A stretch of 64,000 bases of DNA from Mytilus trossulus (Eukaryota): contig NC_086374.1 of NCBI RefSeq assembly GCF_036588685.1, forward strand, positions 45,384,001-45,448,000, in the 5' to 3' direction. The number at the start of each line of letters is the position of its first letter. The first letter of the stretch is position 1. The translations under genes were made by a program, and so were the position numbers. The notes beneath the pieces are model-generated. The model ran no database searches and was not told the DNA's origin. It was given only the letters and a program-made list of their open reading frames with translations. This document shows, piece by piece, positions 1 through 14,495 of this stretch.

Positions 1-255
1 GAGAAAACAAATCCAGGTTACAAACTAAAACCGGAGGAAACACATCAACTATAAGAGGAAAACAAAACACAGAAGTGCAACAAATAACAAACAACAATGT
101 AACATTAATAAAAACAAACTACTAGTATTAGATAACAACAGTCATATCCTGACTTGATACAGGACATTTTCAGAAAGAATGGGGGTTGGACCTGGTTTTG
201 TGGCTAGCTAAACCTACAAGCGTTATTGCAATGTTAAACATACTGCTAAAATGAC
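1..255. repeat. Interspersed repeat (ACAAATCCGGGTTACAAACTAAAACCGAGGGAAACACATC family)
   Basis: Other copies at 46872-47030, 49400-49705(rc), 60805-61083(rc), 62030-62265(rc) and 62368-62735. Confidence 0.75.
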
Positions 256-3200
256 ACTAGTACACGGGAACAGAAATTTAGGGGTGATGCAAAAATACCA
301 ATTTAAAAACAGAGAAATACATTAATTAAACACATAATATCACATTTAAACATTTCAACCACATAATAACAACCAAATTAAACATGTTAAAAAAAAATCC
401 TGTGCACATAATTTCTTTAAATTAAAATCATACAAATGAACTCAGCGTTTAAACCTGGTTTAGATATAATGCATTGCCTATTAGGGGATTATTATTTTTT
501 ATATTGATATAATAGGAAATGGCAACCTAATGACAGAAAACAACAACAGACATGTAGAAAAAGGGCTAATCCATGGCTCAACAAAAACATGAATCTAATA
601 TAAACTATCACCAATTTTCCAAATAAATACAAATGCATTAGGACTTGATATAAATCGACCACTGAAGCTTTGATAAAACCCATGTTTATGGTTGAAAGCG
701 TGTTTTGGGAAACACAGAACAAAAAGGTAAGAATGGGACAATTAACTATCCATAATTGAAAACAAAATGACAACACAAGGCCCCCTCCCCAAAAAAAAGA
801 AATCGACGAAATGAAGAAGAAAACAACAGTCCTCAAAACACCACGTTGAAAACAAAACACTTAGCAAAACAACAGGGACAAACTCGGTTTCTGTGAAAGG
901 GTAAGCAGTTTCATTCAACCTTGTGGACTCTGAGGAGTAACTCATTGCAATTAAACATTTCGATTGTAATTAAGTGTCATTCTAAGATGTAACAAACGTG
1001 TAAAACAGGATCGAGAAATTGCCTCAATAAGTTCACAAAATAAAATAAATGATAATCATACGCAAAAGCTATGTGTTATTTTTCAATCTAGATTTTTTCA
1101 ATTGCTCTAAAATTGAATAGTAACGTTCTTTTGAGATAATACGGAGGCAGTCGTCGTAAATAAGAAATAAACCAACAATGAAAATGCTCTTTCAGAAAAG
1201 GACACACATCATTACCATGATTACAGAGGAGATCGTTTAGTGCATATATTTGAACAGATGTTAAATGTGTATTATAAGACGACAACCCGGACCTGAAAAG
1301 GAATTTTATCTTTTATTGAATATGCAGTTGAGTCGATGTCCCATGAGGACATGTATCAACCATATGTTTACACTCACTTACTTCGCACACCTCTTACAAT
1401 TCGAATGACAGTGGGTGGCGTTGTTTTATTTATACAATATATTAACGTTGTTATCTGTTTAGTAGTAAAGTATCGACTTCAAATGTGAAGGTCAGATATT
1501 ATCTTTTTAATTGTTAAAGATTGTTTTAATATTGACTTATATAATAGGAGTCTTTTGTGGCCTTTTTGTTGTCGTAGAGTGAATTTCATGGACGAATATC
1601 TATATATCCTTGCATTTATATTTCAGGGTTGTGCTGGCCTTAATTTAAGAAAAGCTTATTGGAACTGATGGAATCAAGACATTCATTAAACTTGGAGTTA
1701 TGAAATGAACGTTCAATCAAAAAACAATCAGCGGCAGAAATTTGGAATGGAAAGTTACAGCCCCAAATTACAATCCTTAAAAACAATTAATTATTTTTAC
1801 CGGCAATATAACTCTTGAATTTGCATTGATTACCTTAACGATAGGCTCATCGGTTATTAGTAAACATGTCATACATTCAGCAAATTATGGCTTACTTCCG
1901 GATGCCGTTTGGAAGACAACTCATACATTTGTTTGTAACTACCAGTTTTTAATACAAACTGTAGACTAGTAGAAGACTTATACATGTGCTTGTTAATAGC
2001 ATTTCTTAAAACAAAACTGTAGTTTGGATCAAGGCTAATAACCAAGTAATGGGTTATTCAAAATGTAGGTTAGTCACAATACGACCGATAAAAAGCAGTT
2101 GTTTATAAAATAGGTATTTTATCAGACAACTAATAACTAGCAGTTGTTTATACAAGCTGTAGTTGATATCCGCCAAACAGCCTAGCAGTTGTTAATATAA
2201 GTTATATATTTTGGTATCCAACTATTAGCCCAGAAGCTTTTGATACACGATATAGTTTGGTGAACGAATAAACATATACTTTTGTAACTACCTGTACCTG
2301 TTGTTAACACAAGATGCACCTAGTAGTAATCTAGAATTTTATATTTTCAACTGATTTTGTAGTTTTATGAAACAAAAGTTTATGATGTGTCGGGGTTTTG
2401 ACTAAGGGATTCTAATTGTTTTTTGTTTGCTTTTTAAGTGACGAATGTGTTGTAAATGTAAATGAAATCAAACCTGGGTTAGATTGAATTAACACTTTAC
2501 TTTTACTAAATTCCATGCACACGAATAAAAGACATCGACCTGTCTACAAAAAGACATAAAGTGTTATCGTTAGTGTGATCATGAAATCACTTCATTATCA
2601 GTTGGCGAAAGTATGGAAATGAGTGCAAAACAGCTTGGAAATGCATTGAAGCATGTTCAAGGCTTAGCTTTTTGATAATTTGCAAGGAATGATCGATAAA
2701 ACTATTTATTTTTATCAATCTCTAAGTGCTTAAACGATACAGAATATGCAAAAGCGTACTTACCAGAAACAAGTAGGGCTAGACATGTACTTTATGTGAT
2801 TTTCTACATGACTGTGTGACGGAAGTAGAATTCAATGTATTATTTCACGATAGAAAGACTAAATGTAATCCCTGACATAACTTATTTCTACCAGTACTTT
2901 TGCACATTGTAAATTACTGTTTGTATATAATAGTTAGAGTACGAAGAAAACTAAAAGAAAACAGTATTCTGAAAAGATCACCTTTGATCAAGGAACAATA
3001 CTGTGGATAGAAATGTGATGTAAATGAATAAAAATTGAAGCTTTAGGTCTCGCAGATATCGTAGATTGTACATTAGTTCTCGAAATAAAAATATTAAGTG
3101 AAGAAGTATTTTCTACCTGCAAAACCATAACAAAAACTATAACTTCATATATCCAGTTTTTACTGTAATATTCATTTGCCTATAAAGCAAACTAGTTGAG

Positions 3201-4424
3201 GATCTGTCCTTGAATTATTTTCTTTTTTAATTAACTAAAGTTTAGAAATTTGTAAAGTTATGTGTGTCAACCCTTGCACTGGTATGATTATTGATTTACA
3301 TCAGTTTGCTAAATTATACATGGGAAAGACTTAATGGTTCTTCTGTTGTTGTTTTTCTTTCTGCGTTGTAATTCCGTAGCCGTTTCCAAGAGCTTGCATG
3401 TAATAGTGTTGGTGTATGGACTCTGCTCCGAAATGCAGTTACATATATTCCATGTTGGCATATCTCTGACTATCACATGTTTATGTTTAAGCTTTTCTGA
3501 AACTTGGAAATATTCGGACGCACGGAATTCATATATTTCAAACATGTCAGAAACTGTGATCTTGCATTCAAAATTTGCCATTCGTTTATACGGTATAATT
3601 GTTTAGTGTACACTTAGGTTTGAATTTAGACCTTTATTCAAAGCAAGGATAGTTGTCTACTATAAAATACTGTGAATGCTTACACGTAGTTACATTTTTG
3701 TAGCTCCTGTCCTCAAGTTTCGCTATATAGAATGACATTACCCATATCATAAGGTTAGTTTAAATTGTTCTTTTTTTTAGTTATTATACATCGAAACTCT
3801 TAAAAATGCTAATAATGAGTTAGAAATAAATAAATTATACTAGTCTTAAAATCTAATCGCTTTAAATAATGATAAAAACGGGTCAACAAATTTCTAGATT
3901 TACAATTTTTGTAAAAAAGAATCGTAAAAAGAGAGATAACCAAATTCTAATATAGACCTTATACATTTTAATCTATTGGATCTTTATTATCAAAAAGAAT
4001 GATAACAAGTTTTTTTGCAATAAATAATAAATTTCTAAAATAATCAATGGAAAGGTGCCTTTTGGCATATTCAAGTGATTAGCTGAACAGTTTTTGTTTA
4101 AACATAGACATTGATTTGAAGCAGAGAATAACACAATGATATATACACTGGAGATGTAGTCAATGTTTCTGAAGAAAAGTGCACATATGCAAAGAAAATT
4201 AACTGATAAACTAAAAGTTAAAAGTGGCTATCATGCATTAAATTTTCTTTATTATCGGTCGATTCAATTATCCTTTAAAAAGATTCATATTCGAGTTGCA
4301 GCTGCTATTTCACTGACAATTTATATTTTAATTGTGTTACTCTGAAATTGTGTGCATTTTTCGGAAATTGATTGTGCCGTCTTTATATATAATTACGTGG
4401 ATGTGTACCTAAACAAAAATCGTG

Positions 4425-4945
4425 TACTAGTTCAGTTACAATGGATGCCGTACTAAACTCCAAAACATATATAAAATTAAATTAAATTAAAAGAAAACAA
4501 AGGCTACAAGCTGCTGGTATGGAAATGCGCAAAAATGCAGCGAAATTAAACACGTTTGGTGAAATCCGAGACCAATGTCAAAATATGGGTACAAAAAAAG
4601 CGAAGCAAAATGACAATGATAAAATTAACAAATGACTACTAGCAGTTAAACCCATGATAGCTCCAGACCTCAATTAATCTAATTGAAAGATTGTGTATTT
4701 ACTATAATTATGAAAATCAGTTGAGAATCATACTTCTTTTTTACCATCATAAAATATATGAGAGGATCATAACCCAGTATCACTCAAACAATTGGTTGTA
4801 ATAAAAATGTGTTTCCGACGCAAATAGCATATGAGTGAATCAATATTGATACCAAAATATGCCATCTTTGATGACCTGACAATGGTATCGTAATTCAAGT
4901 AACTATGTCCCTTCTGAATAAACCTGTTTAAAGGTTTAGTTTGCG
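4425..4945 (-). mobile_element. Older, deleted copy of the 10319 retroelement
   Basis: ORF 4767..4997 peptide and downstream DNA match 10455-11165. Confidence 0.65.
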
Positions 4946-5319
4946 TGAGATATGTATGCAGACATGTTTGTGCTTTGTAAAGTATATAATCACACAAGTA
5001 TTTATTTGAAATACCTGTACGTATGACAAAATTTAGTAATTGTTTTGACTAGTTTGTGATATCGAAAACCCCAGTGTAATAATTTTTCAGTAACACATAG
5101 ATGGTGACGAGGGAACTTCACCATCTAACAATGGAAAATTAACATAAGGTTATAAAAAATCACCTCTTTTATCATAAAGTTTGGTATTAGGCTTTCCGTT
5201 AAAGATATAGATATTAAGATCTAGAAAAGGGAAGTGTTCATTGATTGTTTTAACTTTATGTACTAGTAAATGTATCCGCTTTTTGTCGATTAAATGAATC
5301 AAGGCTTTTCAACTAGATG

Positions 5320-5418
5320 GTTGATTGATTGATTCATTGATTGATGAATTAAATAATTGATTAATTGAATAATTGATTAATTGATTAATTAATTGATTGA
5401 TTGATTGATTGATTGATG
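5320..5418. repeat. (TTGA)n/(TTAA)n microsatellite
   Basis: Imperfect tetranucleotide run. Confidence 0.9.
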
Positions 5419-8400
5419 AATTCTGTAACATCAGTGTCCTAGTTTTGTGTAGATGGGGGTGGGCTCCAAACATGCTTTGATAGTGATAGTCGCTAGTTTT
5501 AATACAATTTTCAATGGTTCTTTAAGGTTTACACTTTTAAAACCAATGTTTGCCAATGTCTAATTCCTGTATACATATGTTAACTTTTGACACACTGCAA
5601 TGTTTTTAAACGTTTGCAACTCTATGTTTTTTTTCAAACTTTCGACCATCATGTCCTTTTAATTTGAAATTCATTAACATTTCATGTGGTCCCTTTGCAC
5701 ACATCACCTGTCTATGTGTCACTTCTTCAATTTCCTTTCAAACGGCATCCCGAAAATTCAAATTAGATTGAGGTCATCAAGAGAAGTATTGTCCCCTGGT
5801 ACGCACCTTAGTAGATTTATAATATGACAAAACAAAAGCGCATCACTAAGTCTAAATCAAAATCGAGGGCACATAAAGAAAACAAAACCATAAAGATTTT
5901 CCAGCCATAAACAATTTAGGGATATCGTCTTATGGTTTTGGTTTTCAGCTAGGTTGCAGATCATGTGAAATGTCATAAAACATTTACGTAAAATGTATCT
6001 GTAATAACTTACAGATACTTAACTTAATCATTATAAACTACAGCTTGACAGCAGTCATTTCTTACATTGGCTGCAATCAAATACCGTGATTCCCCGGTCT
6101 AACAAAATTGATATTTTACACATGAAATAAGTCTTACAAATTATGTTCACTCGTCTTATATATGTTAGTTATGTGTCGTCGATACCTTTTATAATGGCGG
6201 TGCATCAAAATAAGTTGAGTACAAGTAGAAAACCCATTTAGTTTCTTGTATATTCTAATTTACCCAAAATGCCAGTTATAGTCATATCAGAGAAAATCAT
6301 TCTACGCTTTGCGCATTTGTTAATCCATGTTACTCAATCATGAAATATATAGAAAAATTATACATTTTATATGTAATATAAAATATATTTTAAATTCGAA
6401 AAGTTGAAACATTGGTGTACGTAATTCAGACAGCAATTTAACGATATAAAAAATAATTCTAGAGGTTTACATTATTTGATCAACAATAGACTAGTGTTTA
6501 TATAAAATGTACGATATAAATTGTCTTGGTTCTAGAAAACTATTGAACAACCGTCATCTCCGGTAAGAGTTACTTAGATAATAAAACTCAGAAACATCTA
6601 TTCCCATAACCACCTTGCAACGATATGTATACAGTACTTTCCTGTCAACTGGGTAAAATAACTTGAACGTGTAATAAGTTGCAACTTCTTGTACCCAGGC
6701 TAAGCATTATATCAGACATGATATTTCCAAAAGGTTTGCTTTGTATGGAAAAATCAGTGTACTGTCATAACTATAACGCCTGGGCAATGAGATGGAACAT
6801 GCATTGAGCAGAGCTGTACATTACAAAGAAAAAAATCAATTTGGCAAATTTAATCATTTGATCAGAAGTTTGATTTAAACGTTTTAAAGGAAGAAATACA
6901 TAGCAAAGAATATAACGCTCAGTCTATATATAATAATATATTATAATTATACATTGTAAATATAATTTAACGAATTAAATCACATTTCTACAATGCCTTG
7001 TAGAAATCATCACTGATATGAATTTGGTTACTAGTATACTCATGAGTAACAGAGAGAGTAATAAAACTACATAAAATAGAAACAGATAAGAATATAAATA
7101 CTTAAAATTCATATTGATCCTACCTTTAAATACTTCCGTTTTCGCAAGAATTTACAGAAATCTCATTTAGTTGTTAAAATCCATCCTTATTTTATGTAAA
7201 AGCAGTTTCCCCGAGTCATCGCTTAAGTAGCTTTGCATTGATCTTAGTTCAAACAATCAACACTTTATCGAAGAGACAGGTAAATAAGGTAATTAAGGTA
7301 TACTCTGAAGAGCTGATTATTCACTCAAAGTCGAAAGCAGGTTGCTTTTCTGTAATTATGACTTTCCTTTGATTGGCAGGTATAATGCTTAAATGATATA
7401 TTTGAGGGCGTTGTCCGTATCCTCTTTTACTTCTGACATGTAGAAATGTAATGATTTTACATAAATTAAAGAAGAGATGAATACATTGTTTATTATACGT
7501 AAAACGATCGTGTAATCTATCGAACAATAACATTTTTGTTAAAAATTGAAGTGAATGACCATGAAAAAACCCAACTATACATATTAATTTGTTAAAATAA
7601 ATTCTTAGCAATTATTGATATTCAAACATCATAAAAGGTATCCTGCATCAGTATCATTACTTACTGGAATATAACATCTCTTATTTCTGCATTAAGTACA
7701 TTATCTGTATTTACCAGAGACAGTTCTCAATTCAAGACAATATTTATAAAATCTCATTCACCACTCCTCTTTTTCTGTCCCTTTTTTTGGATATACATAC
7801 ATGTATATAAATAATTGCTTTAATGAAATAATCCCAGCTAATCCCGCGATTAGATTAGTAACTTTGACAGATATATGAGCCCATATTCTATTTAAACGAA
7901 AACGAAGATCAGAATAGTAATTATTGTTTAAATCATGACACTGGTAAATATAAACTGACAAAAATATGAGTCTGCAAATCCCATGTGAAGATACCAAATT
8001 ACATATAATATTTACATCATGTACTGTTGTTACAAATCCCGAAATAGTCAACTATTAAACTTCAGCTGTATGTTTAAATAGCCTAGATGGTCGAATGGTC
8101 TAATTCTATGTCAATAGAAACTGTACAGGCGGTGTAACCATGATGTCCTAGCATCGTATTTTGCTAAGCCACTGATATAAAAAACAAAGTTTTGCTTTAG
8201 CCCATTTGCAGATCTAATATAGTGTTGAAATTTAAGCAGAAGTGTATAATATAGTTAGTTATGTCAGCTCTGAAGAGTTAGGTTATAAGGTGGAGAAAGT
8301 CTGTCGCAAAGTTGACAAACATTTAAACGAATAAATACAAGTATATGTATAACTTAAGGATACACAATAGCACATATTTTGGTGTTTTTTGCACCAATTG

Positions 8401-10318
8401 CTATTGCATTTGCAACACAAACCATCATGATATTTCAATTGCGCCAAAATCACACATTTCGTTTGAGCCAATAATACAAGTAAATAGTATAAATGATCAT
8501 AGATCTATATTGAAAAGAGAATTTTTATCCTAATGTAACATCATAGTTTTGATTACTTCATAGCATACTAATTTTCAATTCTTATATTGTACTTTTTGCA
8601 TGTCTTAATTAATTTAGTAGATATAAAAAGATGTGATTGATTGCAAATTAGACAACTCTCCATCAAAGTCATCCTTTATAAAAGTACCATGGTTGGTCGT
8701 TTCATTCAATGTTTTATAAAGGTCTCTTTGTTCACATCTGTTATGAAACGGTAAAAAGGCGCAAAACAGTACTTATTTTCAGCGCTCATGAAAACAACCA
8801 TATAAACCCTATAAATGCTTTATTTTTTAAAAGCGCAAACGTGCACGCATTCCTTTTTGTTTTTGTTTTTAAACATATCTAAAAGTTGATAACGATTGTG
8901 TAACAAATGTACAACTAAAATAGTTAAAGAAATACATCAAGCGTTAACTCTGCGAAGTTTCTGTCGTAACTATCGGTGACGACGGTGGTAAGTTGTTACC
9001 CATTCAAAATCATAAGCGTTAATTAAATTAACCTTTTGGAGGTTCTGTGGTGCCCCTATCAGTCATGTACTCTTTTTCTGCTGCCAGTTTAAAATTCTTT
9101 TCCTTTATCTTGGTCAAATCTACTTTATGGTTGAATGTTTGTTATGTGTTCTAAGCATGCACATGCTTCAAAAGTTTGCCTCAGGTTGCTAGACCAACAG
9201 CAACGAATCAACAATGAAATATGGACTCAAATCATCAACGCTGTCTGTCCAAATGTCACATTTAAATTTGATTTTTTAATGCATACTCCTTTTCAAATTA
9301 AACTTGCTGTGCAACTTTGCAATATATGTTTTCCATTGGAATGATAAATTAAAAAAAGATCTTTCAACTAGAAGGATGCTTGATATGATACAAAATGAGT
9401 GACGTTTCCTTAAGATCGAGTTATAAAAATGAAAAGTAAGTATGCATATGGTATTTCACTTCAGAGATCGACTTTCTAATTATGTTAGTTGGTTTTTTGC
9501 ATTATCTACATGTATAGGCTTACAAATATGGTTTTCGATTATACCAATCGATATATGGACTTTGTTTTAAAAACGATAACATTGTTTTATCAACAGCTGC
9601 TACTGCTGTATACAAAAAGCTAGTGATGTATAACAATAAACTGTTTTGATGTCATAAAATAATGTTGCCTTTTATTATGTTTTAACATAAGAAAAGACGG
9701 CGTTTAGATCGTTATTGGAAAATCGACTTGTCTCTATTTTTGAGTTGTTTTTCTAAAATTAGATTTTATTAAAATACAATGATCGTATTTTTTTTTAATG
9801 ATTTAGAGAACTCGCCAATCAGTTGATTGTCCGAGTTTTAATTAACGAACTACAATATACATATAGGACCTATAACACATTTTTAGATGTTTATCCTAAT
9901 TATACAGATCACACCAGAATCCAACTCAAAATGTAAATAGAAGTAGGCCAAAGCATGCTACCTATGCATGCTACTAATGATACAATGAAGTTTAATTTCG
10001 ATACTTCTCTCATGCAACGTTTTCCTATAGTAAAAGACTTCCAGGAAGTACCACCAGCTGTATTTAATGGATATTTTCTTCAGATCTTGCACGCCATACA
10101 TTCACTTTCGCTGGTATCATACTTCTATCGCGCGCCATGCCCATTTCAAAACTATAACGAATGGGTTGATTTGTATCTCTCTGTTATAACTATACGAGTG
10201 TTTTTCTAATACAAGTAGATAGGAAGTTTCAAAAGTTGAACAAATGTGTGGTTCTTCAATGTACAAATGAACCAAGTTTGCATCTAGAAATATTTCTCCT
10301 CAAACCGGAACTACGGAT

Positions 10319-11314
10319 CATCGGTACAAGGACATCATTCGTAAATATAACTCAACATGTAGACTTCTTATACGTTCCAGTATTTCACATTCAATCTTTT
10401 ATGATAATATTCTCTACAAAGCACAAAAATGTCAGTACTCACCTCAGAGGCCAACAAAACCTTTCAACAGACTTATTAAGAAGGGTATAGTTACGATATT
10501 GTTGTCAGGTCAATAAAGATTGCATATTTTTGCTTTAATATTGATTCACTTATAGTTTTTTGCATCGGAATTAAACAAATTTATTTAAAAACCAGAGGTT
10601 GGCATGACACGAGTTATGTTCTTCCCATATATTTTATGATGTCATGAACAAATAGAGAAGGATTGTCTCTGATATTCATATGATGAAGACATAATCTTTA
10701 AATTAGTTTAATTGAGGTCTGGAGCTGGCATGTCATTAACTGCTAGTAGTCTGTTGTTATCTATGTATTATTGTCATTTTGTTTATTTTCTTTTGTTACC
10801 TCTTTTGACATCGGACTCGGACTTCTCTTCAACTGAATTTTATTGTGCGTATTGCTATGCGTTTACTTTTCTACATTAGCTAGATGTATAGGAGGAGGGT
10901 TGAGATATAAAAAAAACCCGTTTACCCACGCATCATTTTTTCGCCTGTCCCAAGACAGGAGCCTCTGACCTATGATAGTCTTGTATGATTTTTAAATTTT
11001 AGTTTCTTGTGTATAATTTGGAGTTTAGTATAATTAAACTCATCATAGATACCAGGACTAAATTTATTATATACGACAGACGCGCGTTTCGTCTACAAAA
11101 GACTCATCAGTGACGCTCGAATCCAAAAAAGTTCAAAATAACGTCCATTATCACTGAACTAGTATATATATTTGTTTAGAGGCCAGCTGAAGGACTCCTC
11201 CGGGTGCTAGAGTTTCTCGCTGCATTGAAGACCCATTGGTGACCTTCTGCTGTTGCCTGTTCTATGGTCGGGTTGTTGTCTCTGTGACACACTCCCCATT
11301 TACATTCTCAATTT
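10319..11314 (+). mobile_element. 5'-truncated retroelement, probably Penelope-like: frameshifted ORF end plus ~740 bp 3' region
   Basis: Translates as HRYKDIIRKYNSTCRLLIRSSISHSIFYDNILYKAQKCQYSPQRPTKPFNRLIKKG/YSYDIVVRSIKIAYFCFNIDSLI. A second copy at 4425-4945(-) encodes TKPLNRFIQKG..YDTIVRSSKMAYFGINIDSLI. A 3' tip copy lies at 24549-24665(-). Confidence 0.65.
11073..11118 (-). ncRNA. Type I hammerhead ribozyme, family 1, intact core with one stem I mismatch
   Basis: Minus strand reads gagcguca-CUGAUGA-gucu(uuugu)agac-GAAA-cgcgcg-UC^ugucgu. Confidence 0.88.
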
Positions 11315-13093
11315 AACTATCTATAACTTGCAGCTGGTGAAAGTTTTGTATTCCTTTTAAATGTATTTTTTTTGTGTCATGAACTTGAAACCATGTCAAT
11401 TTTATCAACGGAGACTATTTTGAACAATCTGGTCAAAATAGGTTCTCCGGGGCTCACACGCACGACATATAAACAACCGAACGAAAATAAGGAGCAAATG
11501 CGGATACCTAATTTTAATGAGATTGTACTTTGAAATGTGGATGCCATGACCTGTTATAATTGTACAGTTGTGACGTATTTAGTGTACAGTAAAGAAATCA
11601 ACCGCAAAAAATATTCAAGACTGTGTTAGTTACTCAAATGAAAAATCATTGGTGTCCGTAACTGAAATTTTGATGTCGGTAGTTCTGATAGATTTACATA
11701 ACTGGTCAGATATAAAAGGCCTCGAAATAAAAAATATAAAGCATTTAAAACAGAAAAGGCTTTGATTATGTACAAATCAACGTACTAAAACAATTATGAT
11801 ATACAGCAACAAACGACAACCAACGAATTATAAGCTCATGTCTTGGTACAGGGACATATAGAATTTGGCGTGGTTAAACATGTTTACCAGCATACAATAT
11901 AATAAGGTTACAGAGTCATGTTGGATGAAATATCATGAAACTTAAAACAGAGATAACATTTATTTTGAAAAGGGTGAACAATAATCAAATGCTGTCAAAT
12001 ACAGAATATGGCCGGGTTAAACATAATTGTTGACGCCCAATCATGACCCCCTCTATATCCATTTTCCTGGGGCAGTGGTGATACAGGAGAATATGAACAA
12101 AATATGAAAATCAGATTGAAATGCACAGACCAAGCGTAGTAGGGTACTTATACATCCTAATATGCTTGTTTCGAGTCCGGAATCTGTTATCTAGTTATTG
12201 TCTACTTTTTTTTTTGGGGGGGGGGGGGGGTACAGTTTTGTAGTATAAACCATGACTTTGCATGGTTTCCCCCTCTTGAACACAATAGTTGAAATACCGG
12301 GACTAAATTAAGCGCAAAAAACGGCATTGGTTCTGCCCGCTGTTGAAAACGATCGTGTGGCGTCTAATTGCTTATATCTTTTTTTACCTTCGGGCATGAC
12401 ACATTGTTTTCTCATTTGACATATTTTTTAAGTCAATAAATAACTTCAGATTAAAGTAATAATAAAAAGATAAAAAAAAAACCCAAGAAACAACAGAAGA
12501 ACAAAAGGGCAATCAAGCAATAGTTGAGGCTGCAATGACGATGGCAATCTTTAAACATTTACAGTAACATGTATTTTCAGATTGTTTTAATACATGACTC
12601 ACAAGTTCTTTTTTCACAGCAAACAATTTCGCCTTCAATTCATTTTATAAAAAAAACACAAACACAACCTGTAAACTACCTTGACGCATTTTTGTCATCT
12701 TTTGATCTACTACGCTTCAAAGATCGTTTTCATCCACACACATTATTTGTATGCATTAGTAAAATTAGACCAATGCATTACAAATTAAGAATTGCCATTA
12801 AACATATTACTTCCAGATTATATTAGTAATATTTAGATATACGAAAACATGAAACGATTAAAAAATTGAGGAAAACATATCTTGAGCATGCAGTTTGATA
12901 GTACGAACAATAATTTGATTTGAGAGGTAAATGACTAAATAACTATTATTCTATATTTATACTTCGTGACCTCCCTTGAGATCTGCTTCAAAAATATTGC
13001 AAAACAAAGGAATTTATTATAAGATAACATGATGCACAACTTCCTTTCATTTATTCAAACATCTTATTTTTGTTGACTATTACGATTACAAAG

Positions 13094-13470
13094 ATATAAG
13101 AAGATGTGGTATGAGTGCCAATGAGACAACTCTCTATCCAAGTCATGATTTGTTAAATTATACCGTTATAGGTCAAATTACGGTCTTCAACACGAATCCT
13201 TGGTTCACACCAAATAGAAGCTATAAAGCTATAAAGGGCCCCCAAAAATGACTAGTGGAAAATCATTCAAAGAGGAAAACCAACGGTCTAATCTATATAA
13301 AAAAACGAAAATTGAGAAACAATTTTGAACCACAAAAACAAACGACATTTACTGAACATCAGATGCCTGACTTAGAACAGGTGCAAACCTTCACCCTTAT
13401 CTGAAACAATAGTGTAACATCACAACAAAGAAAGACACACTATAAAAAATCAACTGAAATGGCTTAGCAT
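13094..13470 (-). mobile_element. Interspersed repeat family (AAGATGTGGTATGAGTGCCAATGAGACAACTCTC end)
   Basis: Clear similarity to 26116-26363 and to the reverse complement of 62775-62962. Confidence 0.75.
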
Positions 13471-14448
13471 GAACATTATACAAGATCTAAATCAATAGAA
13501 AAAAACCCAGTGAACTTGTTTGAAAATGAAATGTTCATTTGCCCTCATACACATGAAAATGAAGCACATCTATATTTTTTACCAAACGTGTGATACTTAA
13601 TAACTTTAGAAAGATGACTGGTTCTTAAAATTCTATGTTTAATTATTCTTGTAGTATCAGAAGAATAAGAATTGGATGTTACATTCGCCCAGTAGCCATC
13701 GGTTTTGTCATGATCCAACTCTGAAATTTGAACAGGAAAACATGACATAACACATTAAACGTCTACATTATAATGACGTATACAGTATCCTCTGATAACG
13801 GTTAATGCCGTGAATGTAGTTTTATGTTCAAAATTTTAATTTAAATGCTTTAAAATCATCTCACAGGTGTTTTGGAATGTTTTATTTTTAATCTAAATAT
13901 TCTGATATAAAAAAAGATGAGAACATATTTTAGAAAGCTTTACAGTATCTTGCTACTAACATACAATCTCTTACAGTGCGCTTGAAATTTTATCAGCTTT
14001 CTAATGATTCTCCCGGTGCGTCGGAAAATCGGTTTGTTAATAATCTAAGCCATTTATAAATTATCTGCAAGATACTCTCATTAAGAAATAATTTGGAAAG
14101 TAATTTGAGTAATTTTTAAACCTCTAGTAGATAATAGATTTTTTTTTAAATGTAGAACATCAAGAACTACAGGTGAGGAATCATATTGACCGAGAAGGGC
14201 GGATGTAATATAAAAGTTACCCGTTCGACCTTTTTTTTGTAAAAAGTTGTACTTGATGAGCTTGCTTATTTTTTTGGTATGTCAGTGCAGAACCTCAAGA
14301 TCAGCACGTGTAATCGGTGACCGTGAGTCATGTTTGACATTCCATTTAAAATCCGCTACTTATTTGGAATTTATGATAAAATAAGTTCGTTTTCATGCCA
14401 ATCGTAAGAAAAAGAAGTCAAAATGAACATGTTATAATAAGTTTAAGT

Positions 14449-14495
14449 TCGTGCGTCCGGAGCGCTTGATTCACCACCAACAGAAACGCTCAAGG
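14449..14495 (-). pseudogene. Degenerate family 2 hammerhead relic
   Basis: Minus strand ttgagcgttt-CTGTTGG...aagcgctccggacgca; flanks match the 35315 copy. Confidence 0.65.

Noticed and set aside
3309-3606. Overlapping 90-aa ORFs on both strands
   Set aside because: No recognisable domain or supporting splice structure.
5520-5810. Minus-strand coding-looking stretch (KEIEEVTHRQVMCAKGPHEM...)
   Set aside because: Multiple stops and no identifiable homology.
7298-7355. Hammerhead-like CTGAAGA...GAAAGCAGGTTGCTT
   Set aside because: Stem III forms, but stems I and II do not pair convincingly.
8078-8180. A-box-like GATGGTCGAATGGTCTAA (SINE/tRNA head)
   Set aside because: No B box or recognisable body.
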